A DNA stretch of 64,000 nt from NCBI GenBank assembly GCA_947170435.1, contig CAMVTO010000001.1, forward strand, positions 60,780 to 124,779, given 5' to 3'. Shown here one piece after another: positions 47,920-57,634 of this stretch. The position numbers and the translations under genes were made by a program. This DNA comes from an uncultured Clostridia bacterium. GTDB taxonomy: Bacteria; Bacillota; Clostridia; Oscillospirales; Oscillospiraceae. Under the pieces are notes generated by a model, which ran no database searches, was not told the origin of the DNA, and saw only the letters and a program-made list of their open reading frames with translations. The first letter of the stretch is position 1; every line of letters starts with the position of its first letter.

Positions 47920-50745
47920 CTATTTCAGCATCTTTTTGAGGTATTGCCCGGTGTAGGAGCCCTTGACCTTGGCGACCTCCTCCGGCGTGCCCTGCGCAAC
48001 GATGGTGCCGCCGCCGCTGCCGCCCTCGGGGCCGAGGTCGATGATGTGGTCGGCGCACTTGATGACATCGAGGTTGTGCTCAATGACAAGCACCGTGTTG
48101 CCCGCGTCCACGAGGCGCTGCAGCACGCCCAGCAGCCGCCGCACGTCATCGGCGTGGAGGCCCGTCGTCGGCTCGTCGAGGATATAGATGGTGCGGCCGG
48201 TGGCGCGCTTGCTCAGCTCCGTCGCCAGTTTGACGCGCTGCGCCTCGCCGCCGGAGAGTGTCGTGGACGACTGGCCCAGCTTGATGTAACCGAGGCCCAC
48301 GTCGTAGAGCGTGCGCAGCTTGTTTTCCAGCTTCGGCAGATCGCGGAAGAAGTCCAGCGCTTCCTCCACGGTCATGTCCAGCACGTCCGCGATGTTCTTG
48401 CCCTTGTAGCGCACCTCCAGCGTCTCGCGGTTGTAGCGCTTGCCGTGGCAGACCTCGCAGGGAACGTAGATATCGGGCAGGAAGTGCATCTCGATCTTGA
48501 GCTGTCCGTCGCCGGAGCAGGCTTCGCAGCGCCCGCCGCGCACGTTGAAGCTGAAACGCCCGTTGTTGTAGCCGCGCGCCTTGGCGTCGGGCGTGGAGGC
48601 GAACAGGTCGCGGATATCGTTGAACAGGTTGGTATACGTCGCGGGGTTGGAGCGCGGCGTGCGGCCGATGGGCGTCTGGTCGATGCAGATGACCTTGTCG
48701 AGGTGCTCCTCGCCCTCGATGGCGCGATGCCGTCCGGCATGGACCTTCATGCGGTTTAAGTCCGCACCCAGCTTTTTGTAGATGATCTCGTTTACCAGCG
48801 AGGATTTGCCGCTGCCCGATACGCCGGTGACGCAGGTGAACGTCCCCAGCGGAATGGTCACGTCGATCTCCCGCAGGTTGTTCTCCCGCGCACCGCGGAC
48901 GGTCAGCGTCTTGCCGCTGCCGGTGCGCCGCTCCGAGGGCACGGCGATCTTCATCTTGCCGCTGAGATACTGCCCCGTCAACGAGTGGGGGTTCGCCATG
49001 ACCTCCTCCGGTGTGCCCGCGGCCACGATGTTGCCGCCGTGGACGCCCGCGCCGGGGCCGACGTCAATGATATAATCGGCGGCGCGCATGGTGTCCTCGT
49101 CGTGCTCCACAACGATCAGCGTGTTGCCGAGGTCGCGGAGGCGGCGAAGCGTCGCGAGCAGCTTGTCGTTGTCCCGCTGGTGCAGTCCAATGCTCGGCTC
49201 GTCCAAAATATACAGCACGCCCATGAGGCTGGAGCCAATCTGCGTGGCGAGCCGGATGCGCTGCGCTTCGCCGCCTGAAAGCGACGCGCTGGCGCGGGAG
49301 AGTGTCAAATATTCCAGCCCGACTGATTGTAAAAATCCCAATCGACTCTTAATTTCCTTTAAAATCCGCTCTCCGATCAGTTCTTGCTGTCGACTTAGAG
49401 ACAGATTTTCTATAAATTTTAAAGCATCTGTGACCGATTTATCGGTATAGTCCGAAACATTGAGTCCGCCAACAGTGACCGCGAGGGCTTCTTTGCGCAG
49501 TCGCTTGCCCTGACAGGCGGGGCAGGGGCACTGACTCATGACCTCCTCCAGCTCGGCGCGGACGCCTTCGCTCTGGGTCTCCTTGTAGCGGCGCTCCAGG
49601 TTGTTGATGACGCCCTCGAAGGGTTGATACAGCGTGCCCTTGCCGCGGGGTTGGTCGTATTGCAGCTCCAGCTTCTCGCCCTTCGTGCCGTAGAGCACCA
49701 CGTCCATGACCTCATCGGACAGGCTTTCGATGGGGTCACGGAGGCTGAACTTGTACTTTTTGGCGAGCGCGTCGAAGTACATGCGGGAAATGCCGTCGCC
49801 GCGGACGTTGTTCCAGCCGGAGGCGGCAATCGCGCCGTCAAGGATGGAGAGAGAAGGGTTCGGGATCACAAGGTCGGGGTCGACGCGGAGCTGGAAACCG
49901 AGGCCGGTACACTCCGGGCAGGCGCCGAAGGGGTTGTTGAAAGAGAACATGCGCGGCGCCAACTCCTCAATGGAGGTGCCGCAGTCCTCGCAGGCGTAGT
50001 TCTGGGAGAATAAGATGTCCCGCTGCTCCTGAATGACGTTCACCAGCACCAGGCCGCCGGAGAGCCCCGCCGCGGTCTCGGCGGAGTCGGTGAGGCGATG
50101 CACCACGTCAGGCCGTAAGATAAGTCGATCGACAACGATCTCAATGTTGTGTTTTTGGTTCTTATTGAGCTTGATTTCCTCATCCAGCTCGTACATACTG
50201 CCGTCCACGCGCACGCGGACATAGCCGGACTTGCGAGCGTCCTCAAAGATTTTCGTATACTCGCCCTTGCGCCCGCGGATCACCGGCGCCATGACCTGGA
50301 TGCGCGTGCCCTCGGGCATCGCCATGAGCTGGTCGATGATCTGGTCGATGGATTGCTGCTGGATCTCCTTGCCGCAGTTGGGGCAGTGGGGCGTACCGAT
50401 CCGCGCCCAGAGAAGGCGCAGGTAGTCATAGATCTCCGTCACGGTGCCGACGGTCGAGCGCGGGTTCTGGGAGGTGGTTTTCTGGTCGATGGAGATGGCG
50501 GGGGACAAGCCGTCGATATAGTCCACGTCAGGCTTGTCCTTCTGACCGAGGAACATGCGCGCATAGGAGCTGAGGCTCTCAACGTACCGCCGCTGGCCCT
50601 CGGCGTAAATGGTATCGAACGCGAGCGAGGACTTGCCGGAGCCGGAAAGCCCGGTGACGACGGTCAGCGAGTCGCGCGGGATCTCGACGTCGATGTTCTT
50701 GAGGTTGTTCTCGCGGGCGCCTTTGACGTAAATTTTACTGTTCAT
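47920..50745 (-). CDS. uvrA: Excinuclease ABC subunit A
   Basis: [23 protein letters not shown], zinc fingers, two LSGGEAQR signatures. Confidence 0.99.
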   Translation of the reverse strand: MNSKIYVKGARENNLKNIDVEIPRDSLTVVTGLSGSGKSSLAFDTIYAEGQRRYVESLSSYARMFLGQKDKPDVDYIDGLSPAISIDQKTTSQNPRSTVGTVTEIYDYLRLLWARIGTPHCPNCGKEIQQQSIDQIIDQLMAMPEGTRIQVMAPVIRGRKGEYTKIFEDARKSGYVRVRVDGSMYELDEEIKLNKNQKHNIEIVVDRLILRPDVVHRLTDSAETAAGLSGGLVLVNVIQEQRDILFSQNYACEDCGTSIEELAPRMFSFNNPFGACPECTGLGFQLRVDPDLVIPNPSLSILDGAIAASGWNNVRGDGISRMYFDALAKKYKFSLRDPIESLSDEVMDVVLYGTKGEKLELQYDQPRGKGTLYQPFEGVINNLERRYKETQSEGVRAELEEVMSQCPCPACQGKRLRKEALAVTVGGLNVSDYTDKSVTDALKFIENLSLSRQQELIGERILKEIKSRLGFLQSVGLEYLTLSRASASLSGGEAQRIRLATQIGSSLMGVLYILDEPSIGLHQRDNDKLLATLRRLRDLGNTLIVVEHDEDTMRAADYIIDVGPGAGVHGGNIVAAGTPEEVMANPHSLTGQYLSGKMKIAVPSERRTGSGKTLTVRGARENNLREIDVTIPLGTFTCVTGVSGSGKSSLVNEIIYKKLGADLNRMKVHAGRHRAIEGEEHLDKVICIDQTPIGRTPRSNPATYTNLFNDIRDLFASTPDAKARGYNNGRFSFNVRGGRCEACSGDGQLKIEMHFLPDIYVPCEVCHGKRYNRETLEVRYKGKNIADVLDMTVEEALDFFRDLPKLENKLRTLYDVGLGYIKLGQSSTTLSGGEAQRVKLATELSKRATGRTIYILDEPTTGLHADDVRRLLGVLQRLVDAGNTVLVIEHNLDVIKCADHIIDLGPEGGSGGGTIVAQGTPEEVAKVKGSYTGQYLKKMLK

Positions 50746-50757
50746 GAGCGTATTTCC

Positions 50758-51258
50758 TTACTCTGAAATAATATCTGCAATGTCTGCGCCGAGAAGACCG
50801 ATCAGTGCCTGCGGCGCGACTTCGATCTGCGCGCCGATCTTTCCGGCGCTGACGAACACGGTTTCGCAGCGTTCCACCGCGTTGTGGAACACCGTGGGGT
50901 ACTGCTTCTTCATGCCCACCGGCGAGCAGCCGCCGCGGACGTAACCGGTCAGCCCCAGCAGTTCCTTGACCGCGATCAGCTCGATGGATTTCTCGCCCAC
51001 GGCCCTTGCCGCTTTTTTCAGATCCAGTGATTCCGCCACGGGGATGCAGAATACGTAGAGCTGCTTGCTCGCGCCACGGGCAACGAGGGTCTTGTAGACG
51101 CGTTCGACGTTCTGGCCCAGCGTCTGCGCGATGTGCAGGCCGTACTCGCGATCGCCCAGCGGGCTTTCCGTTTCCTTGTACGCATGCGCCGTGTAGGGGA
51201 TCTTTTTCTGCTCCAATATGCGCATGACGTTGGTCTTTTCTTCCTTATGCTTCGCCAT
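50758..51258 (-). CDS. ybaK: Cys-tRNA(Pro) deacylase
   Basis: KTNVMRIL, VYKTLV, LDLKKAA, TGYVRGGCSPVG, SAGKIG. Confidence 0.95.
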   Translation of the reverse strand: MAKHKEEKTNVMRILEQKKIPYTAHAYKETESPLGDREYGLHIAQTLGQNVERVYKTLVARGASKQLYVFCIPVAESLDLKKAARAVGEKSIELIAVKELLGLTGYVRGGCSPVGMKKQYPTVFHNAVERCETVFVSAGKIGAQIEVAPQALIGLLGADIADIISE

Positions 51259-51317
51259 GGTTGTCCTCCTTCAGCCATATTTCGCGGTTGCCGCATAAGC
51301 GGCGAGCAAAATGGTGA

Positions 51318-52211
51318 TCACTGTGATTCCTTCTCCGCTTGCGAAGCGGGTGGAGAAAGAATTACGACGCCGCCGAGCACGCAGACGATGCCGAGCAGCA
51401 CCCAGACGCTCAGCTTCTCGTGGAACAGTATCACGCCGTTGAGCGCGGCCACCACCGGCTCCACGTTCGCGATGATGGAGGCCTTGCCGCCCTCCACACC
51501 CTCCAGACCCTTGGTGTAAAAGAGGTACGGCAGCACCGTTGCCACCAGCACCAGCCCCGTTGCACCGGCGACACCGCTGGGCGTGGCGAGGACGGGGAGC
51601 AGCGCGGGCAGATCGAGGAACAGCAGCGAGCCGAGCCCCGCGAAAAAGAACGTCCAATAGATCATCGTGTAGGTGCCATACCGCGCGAGGCCGTAGTGGG
51701 CAAAGATCGTATAGGTCGCGTAGCAGAACGCCGACGCCACGCCGAACAGAAGCCCCTGGGGCGAACCTGTCAGCTCGCCGCCGACGATGCCGCTGACCAG
51801 CGCGCAGCCCAGCAGCGCCAGCAGCAGTGCCGCCACCTTGCGGCGCGTGATGGGAGAGTGCCACAGCGCCGCGCTCATCAGCACCACCATCGACGGTGCG
51901 AGATAGAGCAAAATCGCCGCCACCGCGAGCGAGCACTCCATCTGGCAGTTGAAGTAAACCCATGAGAGCGTCAGAATGCTCAAAAGCCCGCTGCCCATAA
52001 AGATGGGCAGATCGCGGGGCTTCACGCGGAACACGTCGCGGCGAAACACCGCGAATACCAGCGTCAGCAGCACGAAGCTGAAGAAGTTGCGCACGAACAC
52101 ACGGTTGTTCATGTCCGCGCCGGCGGACGCCAGCAGCCGGTTGAACACGCCGATGTAGCCCCAGCACACCGCACCGAGGATCACAAAGGCGTAGGAGAGA
52201 TATTTTTTCAT
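51318..52211 (-). CDS. DMT/EamA family transporter
   Basis: About 10 TM segments; AAILLYLAP, PYLFYTKGL, ASIIANVEPV. Confidence 0.9.
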   Translation of the reverse strand: MKKYLSYAFVILGAVCWGYIGVFNRLLASAGADMNNRVFVRNFFSFVLLTLVFAVFRRDVFRVKPRDLPIFMGSGLLSILTLSWVYFNCQMECSLAVAAILLYLAPSMVVLMSAALWHSPITRRKVAALLLALLGCALVSGIVGGELTGSPQGLLFGVASAFCYATYTIFAHYGLARYGTYTMIYWTFFFAGLGSLLFLDLPALLPVLATPSGVAGATGLVLVATVLPYLFYTKGLEGVEGGKASIIANVEPVVAALNGVILFHEKLSVWVLLGIVCVLGGVVILSPPASQAEKESQ

Positions 52212-52257
52212 ATCATTCGATCATGCGGCGCGGTTGCCCATAGGGTGAGCGCCGCGA

Positions 52258-54222
52258 TCATTCCCCCTTCCGCAGCTCGATGATACGGTCGCGGAGGATC
52301 GCCGCGTACTCGAACTCCAGCATGCGGCTTGCCTCCTGCATTTCCTTTTCGAGCTTGCGAATCTGCTCGTCGCGCTCGCGCTCCGAGAGCTTCTTCTTGC
52401 CGCGGCGGCGGGCGGACTCCTCCTCCTTTTTGGAGATCTCCAGCACTTCGCGGATGTCCTTGCGGATGGTCTGCGGCACAATGCCGTGCGCCTTGTTGTA
52501 GGCGTCCTGAATCTCGCGGCGGCGCTCCGTCTCGTCGATGGCGTGCCGCATGGAGGGCGTAATGGTGTCGCCGTAGAGAACCACCAGCCCGTCGGCGTTG
52601 CGCGCCGCGCGGCCGATGGTCTGAATGAGACTGGTTTCGGAGCGCAAAAAACCCTCCTTGTCCGCGTCAAGGATCGCGACCATTGAGACTTCCGGCAGGT
52701 CAAGACCCTCGCGCAGCAGGTTGATGCCCACAAGCACGTCGAATTCGCCGAGGCGCAGGTCGCGGATCAGCTCCATGCGCTCGATGGTCTCCACGTCCGC
52801 GTGCATGTAGCGCACCTTGACGCCGACGCCCTTGAGGTATTCGGTCAGATCTTCCGCCATCTTCTTCGTGAGCGTTGTCACCAATACGCGCTCGTCCCGC
52901 TCAGCACGGGCGTTGATCTCCGCGAGCAGGTCGTCGATCTGTCCCTCTACGGGACGCACCTCCACACGGGGGTCGAGCAGTCCGGTGGGGCGGATCACCT
53001 GTTCTACGACCTGCCCCGCGCGGTCGCGCTCGTAGTCGCCGGGCGTGGCGGAGACGTAGATGCGCTGGTGGACGCGCTGCTCAAACTCCTCGAACTTGAG
53101 CGGGCGGTTGTCGAACGCGCAGGGCAGGCGGAAGCCGTACTCGACGAGGCTGTTTTTGCGCGCGCGGTCGCCATTGTACATGGCGTGTACCTGCGGCAGT
53201 GTGACGTGGCTCTCATCCACGAACAGCAAAAAGTCTTTGGGGAAATAGTCGATCAGCGTCATGGGCGGAGAGCCGACCGGGCGGCCGCCGATGACGCGGG
53301 AGTAGTTTTCGATGCCGGTGCAGTAGCCCAGCTCGCGCATCATCTCGATGTCGTAGCGCGTGCGTTGGTGGATGCGCTGCTCCTCGATCGCCTTGCCGCA
53401 GTCGCGGAAGTACGCTTCGCGCTCCTGCAGCTCCGCCTCGATCTCGACGATGGCGCGCTCCATCTTGTCCTTCGTCGTGACGTAGTGGGACGCGGGATAG
53501 ATGACCGTGTGGTTCAGCAGCCGCAGCTGCTGACCCGTGGTAGGCTGGAACTCGGAAATGCGGTCGATCTCATCGCCGAAGAACTCCACCCGCACCGCGC
53601 GGTCGCGGTAGTAGGCGGGGTAGATCTCCACCGTGTCACCGCGCACGCGGAAGCGGTTGCGCTCAAACGCAACGTCATTGCGCTCGTAGCGATCCTCGAT
53701 CAACCGCCGCAGCAGCTCGTCCCGATCCAGCGTCTGTCCCGGGCGCATGGAGATCATCAGCTTGGCGAAGTCGTCCGGCTCGCCGAGACCGTAGATGCAG
53801 CTCACCGACGATACCACGATCACGTCCCGCCGCTCCAGCAGCGCGCAGGTGGCGGAGAGCCGCAGCCGGTCGATCTCATCGTTGGTCGAGGCGTCCTTGG
53901 CGATATAGGTGTCGGTGTGGGGAATGTACGCCTCGGGCTGATAATAATCATAGTAGGAGACGAAGTACTCCACCGCGTTTTCTGGGAAGAACTCCTTGAA
54001 CTCGGCGCACAGCTGCGCCGCCAGCGTCTTGTTGTGCGCCAGCACCAGCGTGGGACGGTTGATCTTCTCGATAACGCTCGCCATCGTGAACGTTTTGCCG
54101 GAGCCGGTAACGCCGAGCAGCACCTGCTCGTCAAGCCCCATATTGACGCCGTTTACCAGCTTTTCAATGGCCTCCGGCTGGTCGCCGGTGGGCTGGAATG
54201 GCGCGTGCAGTTTGAAATCCAT
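52258..54222 (-). CDS. uvrB: Excinuclease ABC subunit B
   Basis: [43 protein letters not shown]-terminal UVR domain. Confidence 0.99.
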   Translation of the reverse strand: MDFKLHAPFQPTGDQPEAIEKLVNGVNMGLDEQVLLGVTGSGKTFTMASVIEKINRPTLVLAHNKTLAAQLCAEFKEFFPENAVEYFVSYYDYYQPEAYIPHTDTYIAKDASTNDEIDRLRLSATCALLERRDVIVVSSVSCIYGLGEPDDFAKLMISMRPGQTLDRDELLRRLIEDRYERNDVAFERNRFRVRGDTVEIYPAYYRDRAVRVEFFGDEIDRISEFQPTTGQQLRLLNHTVIYPASHYVTTKDKMERAIVEIEAELQEREAYFRDCGKAIEEQRIHQRTRYDIEMMRELGYCTGIENYSRVIGGRPVGSPPMTLIDYFPKDFLLFVDESHVTLPQVHAMYNGDRARKNSLVEYGFRLPCAFDNRPLKFEEFEQRVHQRIYVSATPGDYERDRAGQVVEQVIRPTGLLDPRVEVRPVEGQIDDLLAEINARAERDERVLVTTLTKKMAEDLTEYLKGVGVKVRYMHADVETIERMELIRDLRLGEFDVLVGINLLREGLDLPEVSMVAILDADKEGFLRSETSLIQTIGRAARNADGLVVLYGDTITPSMRHAIDETERRREIQDAYNKAHGIVPQTIRKDIREVLEISKKEEESARRRGKKKLSERERDEQIRKLEKEMQEASRMLEFEYAAILRDRIIELRKGE

Positions 54223-54231
54223 GAAAGCCTC

Positions 54232-54912
54232 CTAGATAGGGGGAAGTAGTCCGTTTTCGCGGATGGACACAAAGTCACCGTCGGCCACAATAATATGATC
54301 CAGCAGCTTAATGTCAACCGTACGAAGCGCATCGTAAACCGCCAGTGTCGTCGCGTTATCATCCGGCGAGGGCAAGGCGACGCCGCTGGGATGGTTGTGG
54401 GAGAGCACCACGGCGCTGGCGCCGCACTTGAGCGCGTTTTCCACAATGACGCGGATGTTGACGCTCACCGCATCCACGCTGCCGTCGGCGACTTTGGCGC
54501 AGCGCAGCAGCTTGCCCTTGGCGTCGAGACACGCCTCGTAGAGCCGCTCCTCGCGCATGCCAAAGAAGAAATCCACAAAGTATTCGCCGGCGGCCCGGGT
54601 CGTGCCGATGATAACCGGCGTCTTTGACGCTGTGGTGCGGGAGCGGCGTACCAGCGGGAGGATGAGGCTCAAAAGCGTCGCCGCGTTTTCGCCCACGCCC
54701 TCTACCGTTTCCAGATCCTCCGGCGGCGCGGAGAGCACGCCGTCCAGCGAGCCGAAGCGATCGAGCAGCAAATGGGCGATGCGATTGGTGTCCACGCGGG
54801 GGATGGCGTAAAAGAGCAGCAGCTCCAGCACCTCGTGATCGGCAAAGGCGTCCAGCCCGTGAACGCGGAACTGTTCCTTTTTCCGGGCGCGGTGTCCGTC
54901 GTGTATCGCCAT
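54232..54912 (-). CDS. radC: RadC/UPF0758 JAB-domain protein
   Basis: GHRAR, ELLLFYAIPR.DT, SHNHPSG..PS.DD, LLDHII. Confidence 0.94.
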   Translation of the reverse strand: MAIHDGHRARKKEQFRVHGLDAFADHEVLELLLFYAIPRVDTNRIAHLLLDRFGSLDGVLSAPPEDLETVEGVGENAATLLSLILPLVRRSRTTASKTPVIIGTTRAAGEYFVDFFFGMREERLYEACLDAKGKLLRCAKVADGSVDAVSVNIRVIVENALKCGASAVVLSHNHPSGVALPSPDDNATTLAVYDALRTVDIKLLDHIIVADGDFVSIRENGLLPPI

Positions 54913-54946
54913 GGCGCGACCTCCTCTCCGGCGGAAATAACACTTT

Positions 54947-54975
54947 ATTTTACCATTTATCAAACGCTTGTACAA
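54947..54975 (-). promoter_or_regulatory. radC-uvrB promoter with a LexA (SOS) box-like site over the -35
   Basis: Minus strand TTGTAC-17-(TG)TAAAAT; TGTACAAGCGTTTG (54974-54961) matches 12/14 of Firmicute CGAACRNRYGTTYG. Confidence 0.55.
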
Positions 54976-55004
54976 GTTCTTTTTCAGATTCCAAAAGAAA
55001 ACTC

Positions 55005-55053
55005 TTTACAAATTTGGAAAGGGATGGTACAATTTGCAAACGATTTGCAAATT
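55005..55053 (+). promoter_or_regulatory. Zn-uptake promoter with a Zur-like palindromic operator
   Basis: TTTACA-17-(TG)TACAAT; palindrome AATTTGCAAA-CGA-TTTGCAAATT at 55031-55053 overlapping the -10 and start site. Confidence 0.75.
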
Positions 55054-55078
55054 CGGTTTGAAAGGCGGTGGGACGAGC

Positions 55079-56077
55079 GTGAAATCATGGCATAAGCGAT
55101 TGCTGTGCGCCCTGCTGTGCGCGGCGCTGCTGACTGGCTGTGCTGCGCCCGTTGCGACAGAGCCGGAGGATGGACGGCTGCGGATCGTCACCACGCTGTT
55201 TCCGTACTACGACTTTGCCCGCGCCATCGTGGGCGATCGGGCGGAGGTGACGCTGCTGCTGTCCCCGGGGCGGGAGGCCCACAGCTTTGAGCCTACGCCG
55301 CTGGACGCGGTGACCATCTCCCGTGCCGATGTGTTGATCTACAACGGCGGCGAGAGCGAGGAATGGGTCGATGATATGCTTGACGCGGCGGGAGAACATA
55401 TTGGAACGATCTTAAACATGATGGAATATATTGACGCGCTGGAAGAGGAATTTGTGGAGGGCATGCAGGGCGCGGAGGCCGGAGAACACGACCATGAGCA
55501 CGGCGCAAACCCGCAGGAACACAGCGATGACGCGGACGGCGACGAAATCGAGTATGACGAGCACATTTGGACGTCACCCGTCAACGCAGCGACCCTCTGC
55601 GGGGCAATTTGCGATGCTCTGTGCAAGGTTGACAAAGAAAACAGTTTGGTTTACCAAGAGAATTGTGCCGCGTACACGGCGCGGTTGAACGAGCTGGACG
55701 CGCGGTTCCGGGCGCTGCGGGCAAGCGCGGTGCGGGACCTGATCGTGTTTGCTGACCGGATGCCGCTGCTGTACTTCTGCGAAGCATACGACCTGCGGTA
55801 TCGCGCGGCGTTCCACGGCTGCTCCACTGATACTGAGCCAAGCCTTGCGACGCTCAAGTATCTCATTGACAAGGTGGCGGAGGAGCGCATTCCGGTGGTA
55901 TATACCGTCGACCTCGACAGCCGAAAGATCGCCGAGGTGGTGGCGGAAACTACCGGCGCGGGGATCGAGACGCTATACTCGCTGCAAACTGTCTCCCGGG
56001 CGGACTTCGACGCGGGAGAGACCTATGTGACCATGATGGAGCGTAACCTGAAAGCATTGGAAAGGGGGCTGACGTGA
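55079..56077 (+). CDS. Zn/Mn ABC transporter substrate-binding lipoprotein (ZnuA/AdcA-like)
   Basis: GTG start, lipobox LTGC, EAHSFEP, His/acid-rich loop, DEHIWTSP. Confidence 0.92.
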   Translation: MKSWHKRLLCALLCAALLTGCAAPVATEPEDGRLRIVTTLFPYYDFARAIVGDRAEVTLLLSPGREAHSFEPTPLDAVTISRADVLIYNGGESEEWVDDMLDAAGEHIGTILNMMEYIDALEEEFVEGMQGAEAGEHDHEHGANPQEHSDDADGDEIEYDEHIWTSPVNAATLCGAICDALCKVDKENSLVYQENCAAYTARLNELDARFRALRASAVRDLIVFADRMPLLYFCEAYDLRYRAAFHGCSTDTEPSLATLKYLIDKVAEERIPVVYTVDLDSRKIAEVVAETTGAGIETLYSLQTVSRADFDAGETYVTMMERNLKALERGLT

Positions 56078-56781
56078 TGGAAGAGAAGATTTTGCTGGCC
56101 TGTCATGACGTGAGCCTGGGCTACGAGCGCAAGCCGCTGCTGGAGCACTTGGATTTTACGGTGTATCGCGGGGACTATGTGGCGGTGCTGGGCGAGAACG
56201 GCTCCGGCAAGTCCACGCTTTTAAAGAGCCTGCTGGGGCTGACGCCGCCGCTGGCGGGACGCATCGACCGCAGTGCGCAGAAGGCGGGGCAGCTGGGGTA
56301 TCTCCCGCAGCAGACGCCCGCGCAGCGGGACTTTCCCGCCACGGCGGAGGAGGTCGTGCTGTCGGGCTTCCTGAACCGCCGGGGTTTTCGCATTGCCTAT
56401 ACCGGCAAGGAGCGCACCGCGGCGCTGATGCACATGGGCAAGCTGGGGGTTCTGGAGCTGAAGGACAAGTGCTACCGCGAGCTTTCCGGCGGGCAGCAGC
56501 AGCGGGTGCTGCTCTGCCGCGCGCTGTGCGCTGCCAACGAGCTGCTCATCCTCGATGAGCCGGTGACGGGGCTGGATCCTGCCGCGTCGCAGGATCTCTA
56601 CAAGACGCTGCGTTACCTGCATGAGCGGGAGAACATGGCGATCCTGATGGTGACCCACGATGTATCCGCTGCGCTCCGTGAGGCGAAGACGATCCTGCAC
56701 ATCGGACAAAAGCGCTGGTTTTACGGCACGACGGAGGAGTATCTGCGGGACGAGAGCGGAAGGAGGTTCGGGACGCGATGA
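56077..56781 (+). CDS. Metal ABC transporter ATP-binding protein
   Basis: GENGSGKST, YLPQ, LSGGQQQR, LDEP, VTHD. Confidence 0.93.
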   Translation: MEEKILLACHDVSLGYERKPLLEHLDFTVYRGDYVAVLGENGSGKSTLLKSLLGLTPPLAGRIDRSAQKAGQLGYLPQQTPAQRDFPATAEEVVLSGFLNRRGFRIAYTGKERTAALMHMGKLGVLELKDKCYRELSGGQQQRVLLCRALCAANELLILDEPVTGLDPAASQDLYKTLRYLHERENMAILMVTHDVSAALREAKTILHIGQKRWFYGTTEEYLRDESGRRFGTR

Positions 56782-57587
56782 GCCTTTTATTATCCATGCT
56801 GGCCTATCCGTTTATCGTGCGGGCGTTCGTGGTCGGCGCGCTGGTGTCGCTGTGTGCGGCGCTGCTGGGTGTGCCGCTGGTGCTCAAGCGCTACTCCATG
56901 ATCGGCGACGGACTCTCCCACGTCAGCTTCGGCGCGCTCGCCGTGGCGCTGGCCTGCGGATTTGCGCCGCTGTGGTTCTCAATCCCGGTGGTGATGCTTG
57001 CGGCGTTCTTCCTGCTGCGCATTGCCGAAAGCTCCCGTGTCAGCGCGGACGCCGCGATCGCGGTGCTCTCTGCCTCGGCGCTCGCCATCGGCGTCATCAT
57101 CACGTCGCTGACCACCGGCATGACCACCGATGTCGACAGCTATATGTTCGGCAGCATCCTCGCCATGTCCCGCTCCGATGTGGTGCTGAGCGTCACGCTG
57201 GCGATCGCGGTGCTGGTGCTGTTCGTGGTGTTCTATCATCCACTGTTCGCCGTCACGTTCGACGAGAGCTTTTCCCGCGCCACCGGCATGAAGGTGGGGA
57301 CGTACAAGACCCTGCTCTCGCTGCTCACAGCGCTGACCGTGGTGCTCGGCATGCGCATGATGGGCGCGATGCTGATTTCGTCGCTGGTGATTTTTCCGGC
57401 GCTTTCCGCCATGCGCGTGTTCAAGCGGTTCCGCTCCGTGGTGATCTTTGCGGGTGTGCTGGCGGTGATCTGCTTCTGCGTGGGACTGATCGGTTCGTAT
57501 CTGCTCTCCACGCCCGTTGGCGCGACCGTGGTGGTCTGCGACCTCGCGGCCTTCCTCGCCTGTGCTGCGCTCGGCCGCGCACGCTGA
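56778..57587 (+). CDS. Metal ABC transporter permease (ZnuB-like)
   Basis: SMIGDGLSHVSFG, YMFGSILA, FDESF, GAMLISSL. Confidence 0.93.
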   Translation: MSLLLSMLAYPFIVRAFVVGALVSLCAALLGVPLVLKRYSMIGDGLSHVSFGALAVALACGFAPLWFSIPVVMLAAFFLLRIAESSRVSADAAIAVLSASALAIGVIITSLTTGMTTDVDSYMFGSILAMSRSDVVLSVTLAIAVLVLFVVFYHPLFAVTFDESFSRATGMKVGTYKTLLSLLTALTVVLGMRMMGAMLISSLVIFPALSAMRVFKRFRSVVIFAGVLAVICFCVGLIGSYLLSTPVGATVVVCDLAAFLACAALGRAR

Positions 57588-57594
57588 ATCACAG

Positions 57595-57627
57595 AAAAAG
57601 CCCTCCCGCATCGCGGGAGGGCTTTTT
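57595..57627. terminator. Bidirectional terminator
   Basis: AAAAAGCCCTCCCGC-ATC-GCGGGAGGGCTTTTT. Confidence 0.9.
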
Positions 57628-57634
57628 AAAGAGA

